This document shows, piece by piece, positions 29,299-38,455 of a stretch of DNA of 64,000 nt. Numbering within the stretch: position 1 is the stretch's first letter; every line of letters starts with the position of its first letter. A program made the translations under genes and the position numbers. The notes under the pieces are model-generated. The model did no database searches and was not told the origin of the DNA. It saw nothing but the letters and a program-made list of their open reading frames with translations. This DNA comes from Cyclobacteriaceae bacterium (lineage in GTDB: Bacteria; Bacteroidota; Bacteroidia; Cytophagales; Cyclobacteriaceae), in contig CBDDJS010000001.1 of the NCBI GenBank assembly GCA_965229785.1, forward strand, positions 7,744,677 through 7,808,676. Direction: 5' to 3'.

Positions 29299-30246
29299 TT
29301 ATTTTGCCGCAGCCCTTTCTAATCGGTCATTAATCGCTTTACCCAGTCCAATATCCGGTACTTTTTCTGCAAGGATGATGTCTATGCTGGAGGTGTCCAG
29401 AACCCGTAGCGCTTTGAACAAATTGGCCGCCGCTTCTTGCAAGTTTCCGGAGGCTGAAAGTGTTACCTGAGGGTAAGTAGGGTATCCTTTTTTGTAAGAG
29501 ATTACCCCAATCCTATGACCTTCGTATTTCTCGATTAATGAGTCAATATCACCCAGAATAACTTGTTTTCCGGGTGAGTAGTGGGATTTCAACATGCCAG
29601 GTGCCTGAGGGTTAGAGCTCTTATTCAGGTGCACCTTTACCGACCCTATCACATCCATGATGTCCTCCAGTGGTAACCCTCCCAATCGATACACGATTGC
29701 CGCGCCTTCTTCAAACCCTACAATGGTCGATTCCAGTCCGATGGTACAGGTGCCTCCATCTAATATGTAGGGAATATCCATGCCCAATTGATCATTAACA
29801 TGCTGTGCGGTGGTCGGGGAGACATACCCAAATGGATTGGCGCTGGGAGCCGCAAGTGGAAACTCCAGTTGATTCAGTAGATCCAGGGTTAAAGGATGGT
29901 TGGGCATGCGAATAGCTACCCGATCTGATCCGGAAGTTAAAAGGTCTGGTACATCATTTTTTTTGGGAAGCAGCAGGGTCAGTGGGCCAGGCCAGAAACG
30001 TTCAGCCAATTGTTGGGCTTTTTCCGGTACTTCGGTCACCAGCTTTTCGAGCGAACTTAGATGGCCAATGTGGGCAATCAGTGGGTCAAATTTCGGTCTT
30101 CGTTTAACTTCAAAAATCTTAGAAATCGCTGTTTCATTTAAAGCATTTCCACCCAGGCCATATACTGTTTCAGTAGGTATGGCCACTAAATCATTAGCCT
30201 TGAGGTACTTAACTGCCGGGTCGATATGTGCCGCAATTTCTGCCAT
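29299..30246 (-). CDS. tsaC: L-threonylcarbamoyladenylate synthase (Sua5/YwlC type, with C-terminal Sua5 domain)
   Basis: 315 aa. PTETVYGLG, KRRPKFDPLIAH, RMPNHP and SANPFG motifs. Confidence 0.9.
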   Translation of the reverse strand: MAEIAAHIDPAVKYLKANDLVAIPTETVYGLGGNALNETAISKIFEVKRRPKFDPLIAHIGHLSSLEKLVTEVPEKAQQLAERFWPGPLTLLLPKKNDVPDLLTSGSDRVAIRMPNHPLTLDLLNQLEFPLAAPSANPFGYVSPTTAQHVNDQLGMDIPYILDGGTCTIGLESTIVGFEEGAAIVYRLGGLPLEDIMDVIGSVKVHLNKSSNPQAPGMLKSHYSPGKQVILGDIDSLIEKYEGHRIGVISYKKGYPTYPQVTLSASGNLQEAAANLFKALRVLDTSSIDIILAEKVPDIGLGKAINDRLERAAAK

Positions 30247-30321
30247 GAAAAATCACGCAAGTATCGGTAGATTCCTCAGAACAATTCTAATATCTTTACT
30301 AGAATCAATGTTTTTTACCCA

Positions 30322-30480
30322 ATGACCAACTCAACCAGAAATATTCTCCGTATCGTTTCCATTGTGATCGTGATCTTCGTGGTACTCGAAAAATTTAAGA
30401 TACTCCCGGATGTGGGCGTTTACGATTTTTGGTTGATGTTAGTGGCTTACGGCTTGCTTTTGTTCACGATCAAGCGCTGA
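30322..30480 (+). CDS. possible small membrane protein (52 aa)
   Basis: My own translation gives MTNSTRNILRIVSIVIVIFVVLEKFKILPDVGVYDFWLMLVAYGLLLFTIKR with two hydrophobic helices. It is below the ORF-track length cut-off and fills an otherwise empty gap. Confidence 0.35.
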   Translation: MTNSTRNILRIVSIVIVIFVVLEKFKILPDVGVYDFWLMLVAYGLLLFTIKR

Positions 30481-30481
30481 C

Positions 30482-30859
30482 TCATTCTATTACGACGTTC
30501 ACCCGATTTACCCGGCCTTCTTTCAGTTTATCAGTTTTTGCACCTCGTCCGTCATTATTCAGATCACCTTTTCTTGCATCAATGTAATAGGAGCGGGGAT
30601 TAAGTTTTTTGAATACTACTTGCCCTTTGTCGTTCGTTTTTTCACTGAGAATAGATTTCTTATCCTCGATATAATCATCCTCACTAAGAAATAACCGGAC
30701 CGTCGCATTTTTCATCACGTTGCCTTCTCCGTTAATCACGGTCACCTTCAGTTTTGTAGGCAGAAACTTTTGGCCATTACTCGCTAATGGAGTCAGCATG
30801 ATACAGGCTAAGATGATTAATTCTAAGAGTAGAACGTATTTGATTTTTGGGCTATTCAT
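30482..30859 (-). CDS. secreted CarboxypepD_reg-like small beta-sandwich protein (hypothetical)
   Basis: 125 aa with a signal peptide. LKVTVINGEGNVMKNATVRLF resembles carboxypeptidase regulatory-like domains. It overlaps the upstream gene by 8 nt. Confidence 0.55.
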   Translation of the reverse strand: MNSPKIKYVLLLELIILACIMLTPLASNGQKFLPTKLKVTVINGEGNVMKNATVRLFLSEDDYIEDKKSILSEKTNDKGQVVFKKLNPRSYYIDARKGDLNNDGRGAKTDKLKEGRVNRVNVVIE

Positions 30860-31442
30860 GGATAGGATTCAATATAAATTCCGTTAATTCTTCGAATGAT
30901 CGATGTGGCTTATACATTCTGTCTGTATAATAATTAGCCGTCACTTTCATGTACGAAGGTTTGGTTCCGATCACGAAATTCTCGATCAGAATGTTACCAA
31001 AATGTTGATCAACGGGTAGTTCTTCCGTAGCAACGGGTTTTAGGTAAATCTTTTCGATGGTTTCAACGAGGTTGTTTCGTTCCCGAACCATCACATCTCC
31101 ATTGGCCTTTCGGTAGGGAAGATGCCGAAGGATGAGTTCAGCAAACCATTCGGTAAGAAATTGAAGTTCCTCCGTACCCATTTCTGACGAAAAACTTACG
31201 GCAAACCCATTGGATCCGGAAAACTTCAAGAGGTGAGTTTGAGGATCTTGCTCTATGCCTTTGGCTTTTAATTGCAAAGAGGTAGCGACCAATTCCAGCA
31301 GTTCCTCTTTTCTGCCCTTTTTCCACGCCCTGTATTTCTCGGAGAAGGCATCTGATCGTGTAAGTAGTTTGTGGACGAAAACCGGGTCTGGAGTTTCCGT
31401 TTTGCCAAACACTTTGGCGTATATCTCATCAAAAAAAGCCAT
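30852..31442 (-). CDS. hypothetical cytoplasmic protein
   Basis: 196 aa with no recognisable motifs. It lies 17 nt downstream of the giant T9SS adhesin gene. Confidence 0.5.
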   Translation of the reverse strand: MAFFDEIYAKVFGKTETPDPVFVHKLLTRSDAFSEKYRAWKKGRKEELLELVATSLQLKAKGIEQDPQTHLLKFSGSNGFAVSFSSEMGTEELQFLTEWFAELILRHLPYRKANGDVMVRERNNLVETIEKIYLKPVATEELPVDQHFGNILIENFVIGTKPSYMKVTANYYTDRMYKPHRSFEELTEFILNPIHE

Positions 31443-31459
31443 CCGTATGATAACACCAA

Positions 31460-34400
31460 TTAGCGGATCAAAGTTACCGATCCATATTGTTCAATCCCGC
31501 CTAGTTCCGGTTCTTCGATACTAGTAAATTTGATCACATAGGCATAAGTGCCTTCGGGTAGCAATTTGCCTCTGAAAAAGCCATTCCAACGGAAATCAAA
31601 ATCATTTGAATAGTACACGATTTCACCCCATCGGGAGTAGATGAAGATCTCAAAATTGTCTACGAAATCATTTCGAAAGACGAAGAATTCATCATTTTGA
31701 TCGTTATCATTTCCGGGACTAAAGGCATTAGGAGCACGAACGAAAGGTTGGCAATCAATGTCAACCGGATTTGAGGTAGCATCGCAACCTATGGAAGGAT
31801 CGGTGATTCGTACCTGATATAGCCCTTCTTCCGATACGTTAATACTTCGTGTTTGACCTAATTCAGTTCTCTCCGGCCCGAAAAGCCATTGATAGGCAAA
31901 GGGCCCGGTGGAGGTGCTATCGATAACAGCTGTGAGTGTTACTTCACCAAAACATAAGTCTCCTGTGACCTCAATTTCAACATTGGGTAATGGATTGATG
32001 TTGATCTGGATAGTTTCTGTTCTGGGACAAAGCTGATCGCCCGTAGCCGTCACGGTATAAACTCCTTCCAATTGAATGTCAACACTGGTTCCGGTACCTA
32101 TCACATCACCGTCACTATTTTGCCAGAAGTAATTTGTGATACCATTTGTACCTGGGGTGATCTCCGCCTGATCTCTGTTTCCGCACAGTTCCTGTATCGG
32201 GTCAAATGTGAAGTTGGATTGCGGGAATTCTTCTCCCAATTGAACCGAATCGATCTGGATACATCCCAGACCGCCAATTTCTTCTATTTCAATAACATAA
32301 AGCCCGGTATCGAAATCCAACAGGTCCGGAAGTGGCAGCGCGACATCTGTAAGTGCCCGTACTTCTACGCCATCTTCATCACGTACCGTGATGTTCGCGC
32401 TCGTGGGAGCGGCGCCTGTTACCAGAAGTCCGATATCTCCTTCAGTACCACATCCAGGAATGGCGGTTGCTTCCAGGTCAAATTGTGCAATGTCTTCTAC
32501 CTGAACCGGTTCATTGGTAACACAACCAGTAACCGTATTGGTAATGTTGAGGGTGTATATGCCTGCATTCAAACCTGTAAGTGGGGCAGGGGTGCCTGGC
32601 CCATCAAAAGATTGATCAGCAATACCAACCGGGCCGGTGAGGTTATAAACAAAACTGCCATTGGAGTCTATGGTGAAGTTGATTGAGCCATCATTGGCAT
32701 CGCAGGAGGTAGGAGGCGATCCTACAGCCCTGACTACCGGCGATTCAAAAATGGTAATTACAGTGGTATCACGAGCGATACATCCGGTGACTTCTTCTGT
32801 ATATTCAAGGGCATACGTGTAAACACCCGGAACACTGGTGTCTATTTCCTGAAAGCGAGTCGTACTGGTAACGGTGGTATCTCCATCGAGGCTCCAGTTA
32901 AAGTTTCCTACAGCATTTTGTGAATCCAGGTCGGGTGCATCATCATCCTGACAGAAAAACTGGTCTTCACCCAGGTCCACTGTGATAGCCGGACCTACGA
33001 ATACCTGCAAGGTATCCGAAGAACAACCGTCTGTGTTGATAATCGCTACGTCGATCGGACCGGGTTGGGTCACCGTAATACTTCTTGTGGTTTCTCCCGT
33101 AGACCAATAGTACATGAGATTGGGATCATCCACTGGCCATGCTTCCAGGACCGCTTCATCGTCACAAATCGCTACGTTATCAGGTACCTGAGGAGATTCT
33201 GGTGTGGGGAAAACTTCTATGTCCTGGACAAAAGTAGAATCATATCCGCATCGGTTGAAGATTCTCAGGGTGATGGTGTGTGGCCCTGTGGTAGAGTAGG
33301 TCACTGATATGGTATCTCCTACGCCCGATTGCGGGCTGGCAAATTCATCGAATGTCCATTCGTATTCATCAATAGTGGAAGTTCCGGTTGCCGTAAGGTT
33401 GAGAGGCTGTCCAAAACAAGCAGACTCCACGGTAAACCCGGGGGGCTGAAGTGGATCACTCACATTCTGAACAAAATTGGGTAGCCCCAATCGACTGGTT
33501 CTTCCCATCAGGTCAAATCCACTTTCCTGAAAGTTGGCCAGATCATCGTCTGCTGATGGAGAATTGATTGTGCCTGCAGACATGGCATTATCTATGGCCA
33601 TGTAGATCACCCCATTAGGTCCACGTTGTAAGGCTCCGTATCCGCTGCCCTGAGTATATCCATCAAATTTTGTGGCCTCTATGTCTGCAACTTCATCATC
33701 CGTATCCAGACTATCCAGATCATATTGGATCAATTTAGAGGTTGAACCTGTAGCCGTCAGGTACATTTTATCCCCACCGCCTGAAAATTCCAGACCATAC
33801 AATGGAGTACTTGCAGGTTCTTGCGTGTCAATATTCCGAGGGTTCGATAAGACACCCGTAGTATTGTCAAAGTCCAGAATGTCCACGGTATTGGCTCCGG
33901 GAATCATATTTGCCGCTCGCATAATACCCGGTTGAAATCTTAGGTAACTGGTGGCACTTTGTTCATCAAGAAAATTCAAATACTCTCCCGACGGAGAGTG
34001 TACCGTAGCGGTAATTCCCGTTTCGTCCAGGAAATTGGCTTTGAAGTTATTGTTGCCAAATTCATGAGTCATCAACCAGCCGTTGGTGCCAAAATTCGAC
34101 CCGGTTACACGTTCCGTATGATAGTCAAAGAGTCGTATGCCTTTTATCACCACGGATCCTCGTGCACTGTCGTCTTTGATATCTACAATGCTGACCAGTA
34201 ATTCATTATCCAAGTCACCATACACTTCCGTTGAAGTGAATATGTAGAACAATGTTTCATCGTCCGGGAAAGGTAAGATCATTGCGGATTGTGCTGCAGT
34301 GCTATCTCCACCAATACTATCGCCGTTGATCATGATCTGATGGTCTTTGTTCCATACAGTCTGCCCATTGGTATAGAATAAGAGGCTTCCATCCGAATCC

Positions 34401-36163
34401 GAAATTGTGGCACAGCCTTCTGGCGAATCCATGAGATTTTCATCGGCCAGCGCCGTAGGTGGGTTCGTATTGAAGTCGATACCCGCCATCTCTCCGAAAT
34501 ACCATTGGTTGGCCAGCTGCCTTTGAATCCCATATTCAGTAACAGTAATGGCATCATAGGTTGTACATCCATTGGGAAGCGTGACTTCCACCCAGTATGT
34601 TCCCGTGGTGTCTACCTCAATTGTAGGGGTCGTTTCTCCGGTACTCCAGACAATTTGCCCCGCAGGAAGGTCCATTCCGCTTGGTGTCGGAAGTGTAAGA
34701 ATTTCGTCGATACATATCGTAGTGTCCTGTCCAACCATGGCTTCTTCCATGTTGGGAAGCACTTCGACAAACTGTGTGGCTATAGAAAATCGCCCATTTA
34801 ATTCCACCACCAGTGTGACGGGATAACCTCCCGGCGCATCATAAGTATGTACAGGAGCAGGATTGTTAGAACCTGAGCCATCTCCGAAATCCCAAAAATA
34901 GTTGTGAGGTACCGGGTCCACCATAGGGTAGAATTTGGTCGTTAAGTTCTCACATGCGTCAAATTGTGTAAAAGCAACGGAGTTGAATCCGGGAAAAAAC
35001 GGAGGAGAAAACGCAGGGAATTGACGACCCTGAAAATCGGGTTCCAGGACAATGTTTTCATAGACTACTGAATCGGCTACACTGTCTGCGCGTGTGAACC
35101 TGCCCAGGTTGTAAGGTGAGCCTTGTGCTTCCTGATACAGGTGCATGATGTGATCGTCCAGTCCACGCTTTAGGCCATAACTTCTGAAGATCGGATCAGC
35201 AAACATGGGCGAAAGGACCAATGAGTCAAAGTCATACTGGTAAATGTTGGCATCCAGAGCAGCACTACCAAATCTGGAAAAATAAAGCTTTCGACCGCTG
35301 CGAGACCATTCCACATCGTAAATTGATTCACCTTGTCCATCATCAAAGCCCGTTCTTAGAATTTGCTGATTAAAGCTCAATTCACCTGTTGCTATGTCGA
35401 AATCAAGGATCGCCACATTTCTGTTGGGTGTTTTTGGCGCAATGGCCAACCAGGCTGAATCAGCATTATATGCCAACTGGGCCACTTCTACATCAGGATA
35501 TGCAGGAGAGGTAATGTTGAAGACCTGTGTACTGTCAATACCTGTACCATTGATCGCAGTAACCCGGAAATCAAAAGTGGTTCGGTCTTGAGTGATGAGC
35601 CAGTATTCATTTCCATTGTTACCAGCTTCCAGGATAATCATTCCCTCCGAAGGAGAGGTAAGACCTGTGGGTTGATTTACGGAAGTAATGGCTCCAAAAG
35701 GGAACCGGCCATCGGTTGAGTTCCCCTGAATCGAAGCGTCAATTTCTGTAAACTGGATTTCGTCTGGACCTCCGGCACCTGGATTGGTGAAAATATAATA
35801 AAGATCAGGGCCAGAAGGATTGGGAACTACCACGGCAGGTTGATTCAATGCCGAATCACCATTTAGGGCGCTATAACCTGCTACCAGTTGATGAGATTGA
35901 TCAAATACCTGAACACCATCTGTGTAGAACAGGAGGTTGCCATTGAATTGGTCACTGATGACCGCAGAACCTCCCATTCCGAAAGGTGCCACCTGTCTTT
36001 CTTCGGGATGTACCTCACGACCGTTTTTGTCGAAAATGAAGTTATCGGTCGTATTTCCGAAAAAATACTGTGTGTCCAGTATGCGTTGACTCCATCCCAT
36101 TTCAGGGACTGCCAGGATTAAACTCGCTAGTAAAAGGACCTTTGTCCACCTGTTACATCTCAT
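31460..36163 (-). CDS. giant cell-surface protein with PKD/Ig-like repeats and T9SS type B (gliding-motility CHU_C) C-terminal sorting domain
   Basis: The C-terminus APNAFSPGNDNDQNDEFFVF...IFIYSRWGEIVYYS...WNGFFRGKLLPEGTYAYVIKF...GSVTLIR is the type B sorting domain. Internal PKD-like blocks are present (FWDFGDGSGSNNPAPVHTYDAPGGYPVTL; YEWTFDEF...TYSTTGPHTITL). I prefer the ATG at 36163 (MRCNRWTKVLLLASLILAV signal peptide) over 36205. Confidence 0.85.
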   Translation of the reverse strand: MRCNRWTKVLLLASLILAVPEMGWSQRILDTQYFFGNTTDNFIFDKNGREVHPEERQVAPFGMGGSAVISDQFNGNLLFYTDGVQVFDQSHQLVAGYSALNGDSALNQPAVVVPNPSGPDLYYIFTNPGAGGPDEIQFTEIDASIQGNSTDGRFPFGAITSVNQPTGLTSPSEGMIILEAGNNGNEYWLITQDRTTFDFRVTAINGTGIDSTQVFNITSPAYPDVEVAQLAYNADSAWLAIAPKTPNRNVAILDFDIATGELSFNQQILRTGFDDGQGESIYDVEWSRSGRKLYFSRFGSAALDANIYQYDFDSLVLSPMFADPIFRSYGLKRGLDDHIMHLYQEAQGSPYNLGRFTRADSVADSVVYENIVLEPDFQGRQFPAFSPPFFPGFNSVAFTQFDACENLTTKFYPMVDPVPHNYFWDFGDGSGSNNPAPVHTYDAPGGYPVTLVVELNGRFSIATQFVEVLPNMEEAMVGQDTTICIDEILTLPTPSGMDLPAGQIVWSTGETTPTIEVDTTGTYWVEVTLPNGCTTYDAITVTEYGIQRQLANQWYFGEMAGIDFNTNPPTALADENLMDSPEGCATISDSDGSLLFYTNGQTVWNKDHQIMINGDSIGGDSTAAQSAMILPFPDDETLFYIFTSTEVYGDLDNELLVSIVDIKDDSARGSVVIKGIRLFDYHTERVTGSNFGTNGWLMTHEFGNNNFKANFLDETGITATVHSPSGEYLNFLDEQSATSYLRFQPGIMRAANMIPGANTVDILDFDNTTGVLSNPRNIDTQEPASTPLYGLEFSGGGDKMYLTATGSTSKLIQYDLDSLDTDDEVADIEATKFDGYTQGSGYGALQRGPNGVIYMAIDNAMSAGTINSPSADDDLANFQESGFDLMGRTSRLGLPNFVQNVSDPLQPPGFTVESACFGQPLNLTATGTSTIDEYEWTFDEFASPQSGVGDTISVTYSTTGPHTITLRIFNRCGYDSTFVQDIEVFPTPESPQVPDNVAICDDEAVLEAWPVDDPNLMYYWSTGETTRSITVTQPGPIDVAIINTDGCSSDTLQVFVGPAITVDLGEDQFFCQDDDAPDLDSQNAVGNFNWSLDGDTTVTSTTRFQEIDTSVPGVYTYALEYTEEVTGCIARDTTVITIFESPVVRAVGSPPTSCDANDGSINFTIDSNGSFVYNLTGPVGIADQSFDGPGTPAPLTGLNAGIYTLNITNTVTGCVTNEPVQVEDIAQFDLEATAIPGCGTEGDIGLLVTGAAPTSANITVRDEDGVEVRALTDVALPLPDLLDFDTGLYVIEIEEIGGLGCIQIDSVQLGEEFPQSNFTFDPIQELCGNRDQAEITPGTNGITNYFWQNSDGDVIGTGTSVDIQLEGVYTVTATGDQLCPRTETIQININPLPNVEIEVTGDLCFGEVTLTAVIDSTSTGPFAYQWLFGPERTELGQTRSINVSEEGLYQVRITDPSIGCDATSNPVDIDCQPFVRAPNAFSPGNDNDQNDEFFVFRNDFVDNFEIFIYSRWGEIVYYSNDFDFRWNGFFRGKLLPEGTYAYVIKFTSIEEPELGGIEQYGSVTLIR

Positions 36164-36477
36164 GCGCTGAATCTGCGAAATCATTGATTGGTAAATGTAG
36201 ATCATTCAAAAAACAACCTTTTTCCTAATACCCATTAAAAAGAAGTTTCCCTAAATTTTTATTTATTGTCTTCTGCTTTATACAAGCAACTAAAATACTA
36301 ACGGCAGGAATGACGTTACATTACACAAACCATCGAAACTATGGATTATAAGGTTGTGATTGTCGCCTTTGGTCAAAAATCAGGTAAAAACTCCATATGG
36401 GTATCTTAAAGTCATACTGTTTTGCGTTTGTGTCTTTCAATAAAATCATCAATGTTTGCCATCAAGATCACAGGTGA

Positions 36478-37515
36478 ATGAGTAGAATACTGATTGTTTT
36501 AACAGGTTTCATGTTTTTTGGACTCCTAGCAGAGGTCCAGGCGCAGGATCCGCAGTATTCACAATACTATGCGGCGCCACTCAATCTTAATCCCGGATTG
36601 ACCGGAATCAATCAAAAAGGACGGGTTGGTTTGAATTACCGCAATCAGTGGCCATCCATTGATGCGACTTTCGAGAGTTATTCTTTTTACATCGATTACA
36701 ACTGGGAGGATTATTACAGCAGCCTGGGCCTGATCGTCAATACCGATCGGGAAGGTATTGCGGGGTTGAGGTCCACAATGATTGGGCTGCAGTACGCCTA
36801 TCAGTTGAATTTGAACTATAAATGGACGTTCCGTCCTGCAGTACAGCTGGCCTACTATCAGAGAGATATCAATTTTGACCGGTTGACCTTCGGAGATCAG
36901 TTCGATGCTACGGGTCAAGTGGTCCTGGCCAATACAAATGAACAGTTCAATACAGGATTGAATGCTAATTTTTTCGACATTTCATTCGGAGGAATTTTAT
37001 TCAATGACCGGATTTGGGGAGGTTTTTCCATTTACCATGTAACCGAACCTAATCAGGCATTGGCTGGAGGAGATTCCCCTTTGTATCAAAGAAGATCATT
37101 TCACGGGGGGATCAAAATTCCATTTCACGATATTTCCAAGCGTGCTCAAAACAAGCCGTTGAAAGAAAGAAGTTTAACACCAACATTCAATTATCGCTCG
37201 CAAAGCGAGTTCGATCAACTGGACCTGGGGGTCTATTTCACACTTGAGCCGCTCTTACTTGGCGTTTGGTATCGTGGTATTCCTGTGAAATCGCTGGAAG
37301 GTATCCCTAATAATGAGTCGGTAATTTTTATGACCGGACTGACCACAAACAATTTTTCGATCGGCTATAGTTTTGATTTTACCGTTTCGGATCTGGGTAT
37401 CAATAGTGGTGGAGCACATGAAATTTCATTGACCTATACCTTCAGTCTCGATCCTCCGGGGAAACCCCCAAAATCTGTCAGAGAGGTGAAATGCCCTGTT
37501 CCTTTCTCATTCTGA
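36478..37515 (+). CDS. PorP/SprF family T9SS outer-membrane protein
   Basis: 345 aa with a signal peptide followed by QDPQYSQYYAAPLNLNPGLTG, the PorP/SprF N-terminal signature. It is divergent from the type B cargo gene. Confidence 0.85.
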   Translation: MSRILIVLTGFMFFGLLAEVQAQDPQYSQYYAAPLNLNPGLTGINQKGRVGLNYRNQWPSIDATFESYSFYIDYNWEDYYSSLGLIVNTDREGIAGLRSTMIGLQYAYQLNLNYKWTFRPAVQLAYYQRDINFDRLTFGDQFDATGQVVLANTNEQFNTGLNANFFDISFGGILFNDRIWGGFSIYHVTEPNQALAGGDSPLYQRRSFHGGIKIPFHDISKRAQNKPLKERSLTPTFNYRSQSEFDQLDLGVYFTLEPLLLGVWYRGIPVKSLEGIPNNESVIFMTGLTTNNFSIGYSFDFTVSDLGINSGGAHEISLTYTFSLDPPGKPPKSVREVKCPVPFSF

Positions 37516-37795
37516 TCCTAAAATTTTCACTTAATCCAGTGCAATAAGCGCGAATACGCTGAATTTTCCAGGGGATACTTCTTTTTAATTTCTTTTTCCC
37601 GAATAACGTAAACTTTTAACGGTTTTATTGGTTTTCACGCATGTGTTTAATAACTTCACTTAAGTGAGTGAGGTTCTTGCAAACTTTTAAAGAGATAGAT
37701 CGGCTTTCAGAGAAAGTGGACAACTAATAACCTAAGCTGCCTCAAGAAATTACTCGGTATATGCCCGAGTGGTGCATTTATCTATTGGTTGTGAG

Positions 37796-37842
37796 AGAAG
37801 GAGACCTTCGGGCCTGGGCTTCAAGCCACTCCTTCTTTTTTG
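37796..37842 (+). terminator. branched terminator-like hairpin inside the 940 bp gap
   Basis: The outer stem AGAAGGAG (37796-37803)/CTCCTTCT (37829-37836) encloses CC-TTCG-GG and GGCT-TCA-AGCC mini-hairpins and is followed by TTTTTTG. No annotated gene ends here. Confidence 0.45.
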
Positions 37843-38455
37843 TTTGACAAAAACCTTCCCTGGTAATAACGGAGGACCAATCGGTAAATCTGGGGAGGAT
37901 ATAAATTCTGCATTGATCCAAAGTGATTGAGTTAATCAGTTATTCCGTTTTCTGCTTTTGAAATTGTAATTTCATGGTTCTGTTGAACCTCTATGTACGG
38001 ATTACTATATCGGGGTAAAATAATAACCTTGGATCAAGACTAAAACCTGTGGAGTAATTGTATAAAATGTAGTTTTCGATTTGGGTCGGTCCGGCAAGGG
38101 AACCGCTAGATTTTTGCCCCACTTTTCATCGCCGCGCGGCGTACCGTGGAAAAGTCGGGAGGAAAGGCGAAGCTTATTGCCTTGATAGTCCGTTAGAAGA
38201 TCATCCAAGTGACAAGACTCAATATTAGATCTTGAAAATTGCATTCAGTTAAGGAGCTCCCCAGAAAAATTACTTGATCCGCAATCTTACTGAGGACCAT
38301 CAATAAAATACGCTATTTGTCAATTGTGCCAGGTGTTGAATGCAATCCATAATCAGCTTCAAAATCGCTCACCAGTGCAGAAATCAATCTCTGTTGACAT
38401 AGGTAACTTAATAACTCATTAACTTAATTAACTCTGGATCATTGGCATCATATCA

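Noticed and set aside
38060-38190. RNase P RNA, SRP (4.5S) RNA, tmRNA or a cobalamin riboswitch. Candidates were GGAAAAGTCGGGAGGAAAGGC versus the GAGGAAAGTCCGGGC box, GGTCGGTCCGGCAAGGGAACCGC versus the SRP GGUCCGGAAGGAAGCAGC motif, and AAGGGAAC/GCCCCAC versus B12 elements.
   Set aside because: Each resemblance is partial. The expected partner helices and second conserved boxes (RNase P CR-IV/V, the SRP closing helix, the tmRNA acceptor/T-arm and tag ORF, the B12 box) are not present. A riboswitch on the plus strand would also have no downstream gene. A covariance-model scan is needed before any call.
38005-38244. 79 aa ORF in the 940 bp gap as a real gene.
   Set aside because: The composition looks non-protein-like (MQFSRSNIESCHLDD...RLSSRLFHGTPRGDEKWGKN), with no motif and no signal. 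It spans the GC-rich palindrome, which more likely reflects RNA or DNA structure than coding.
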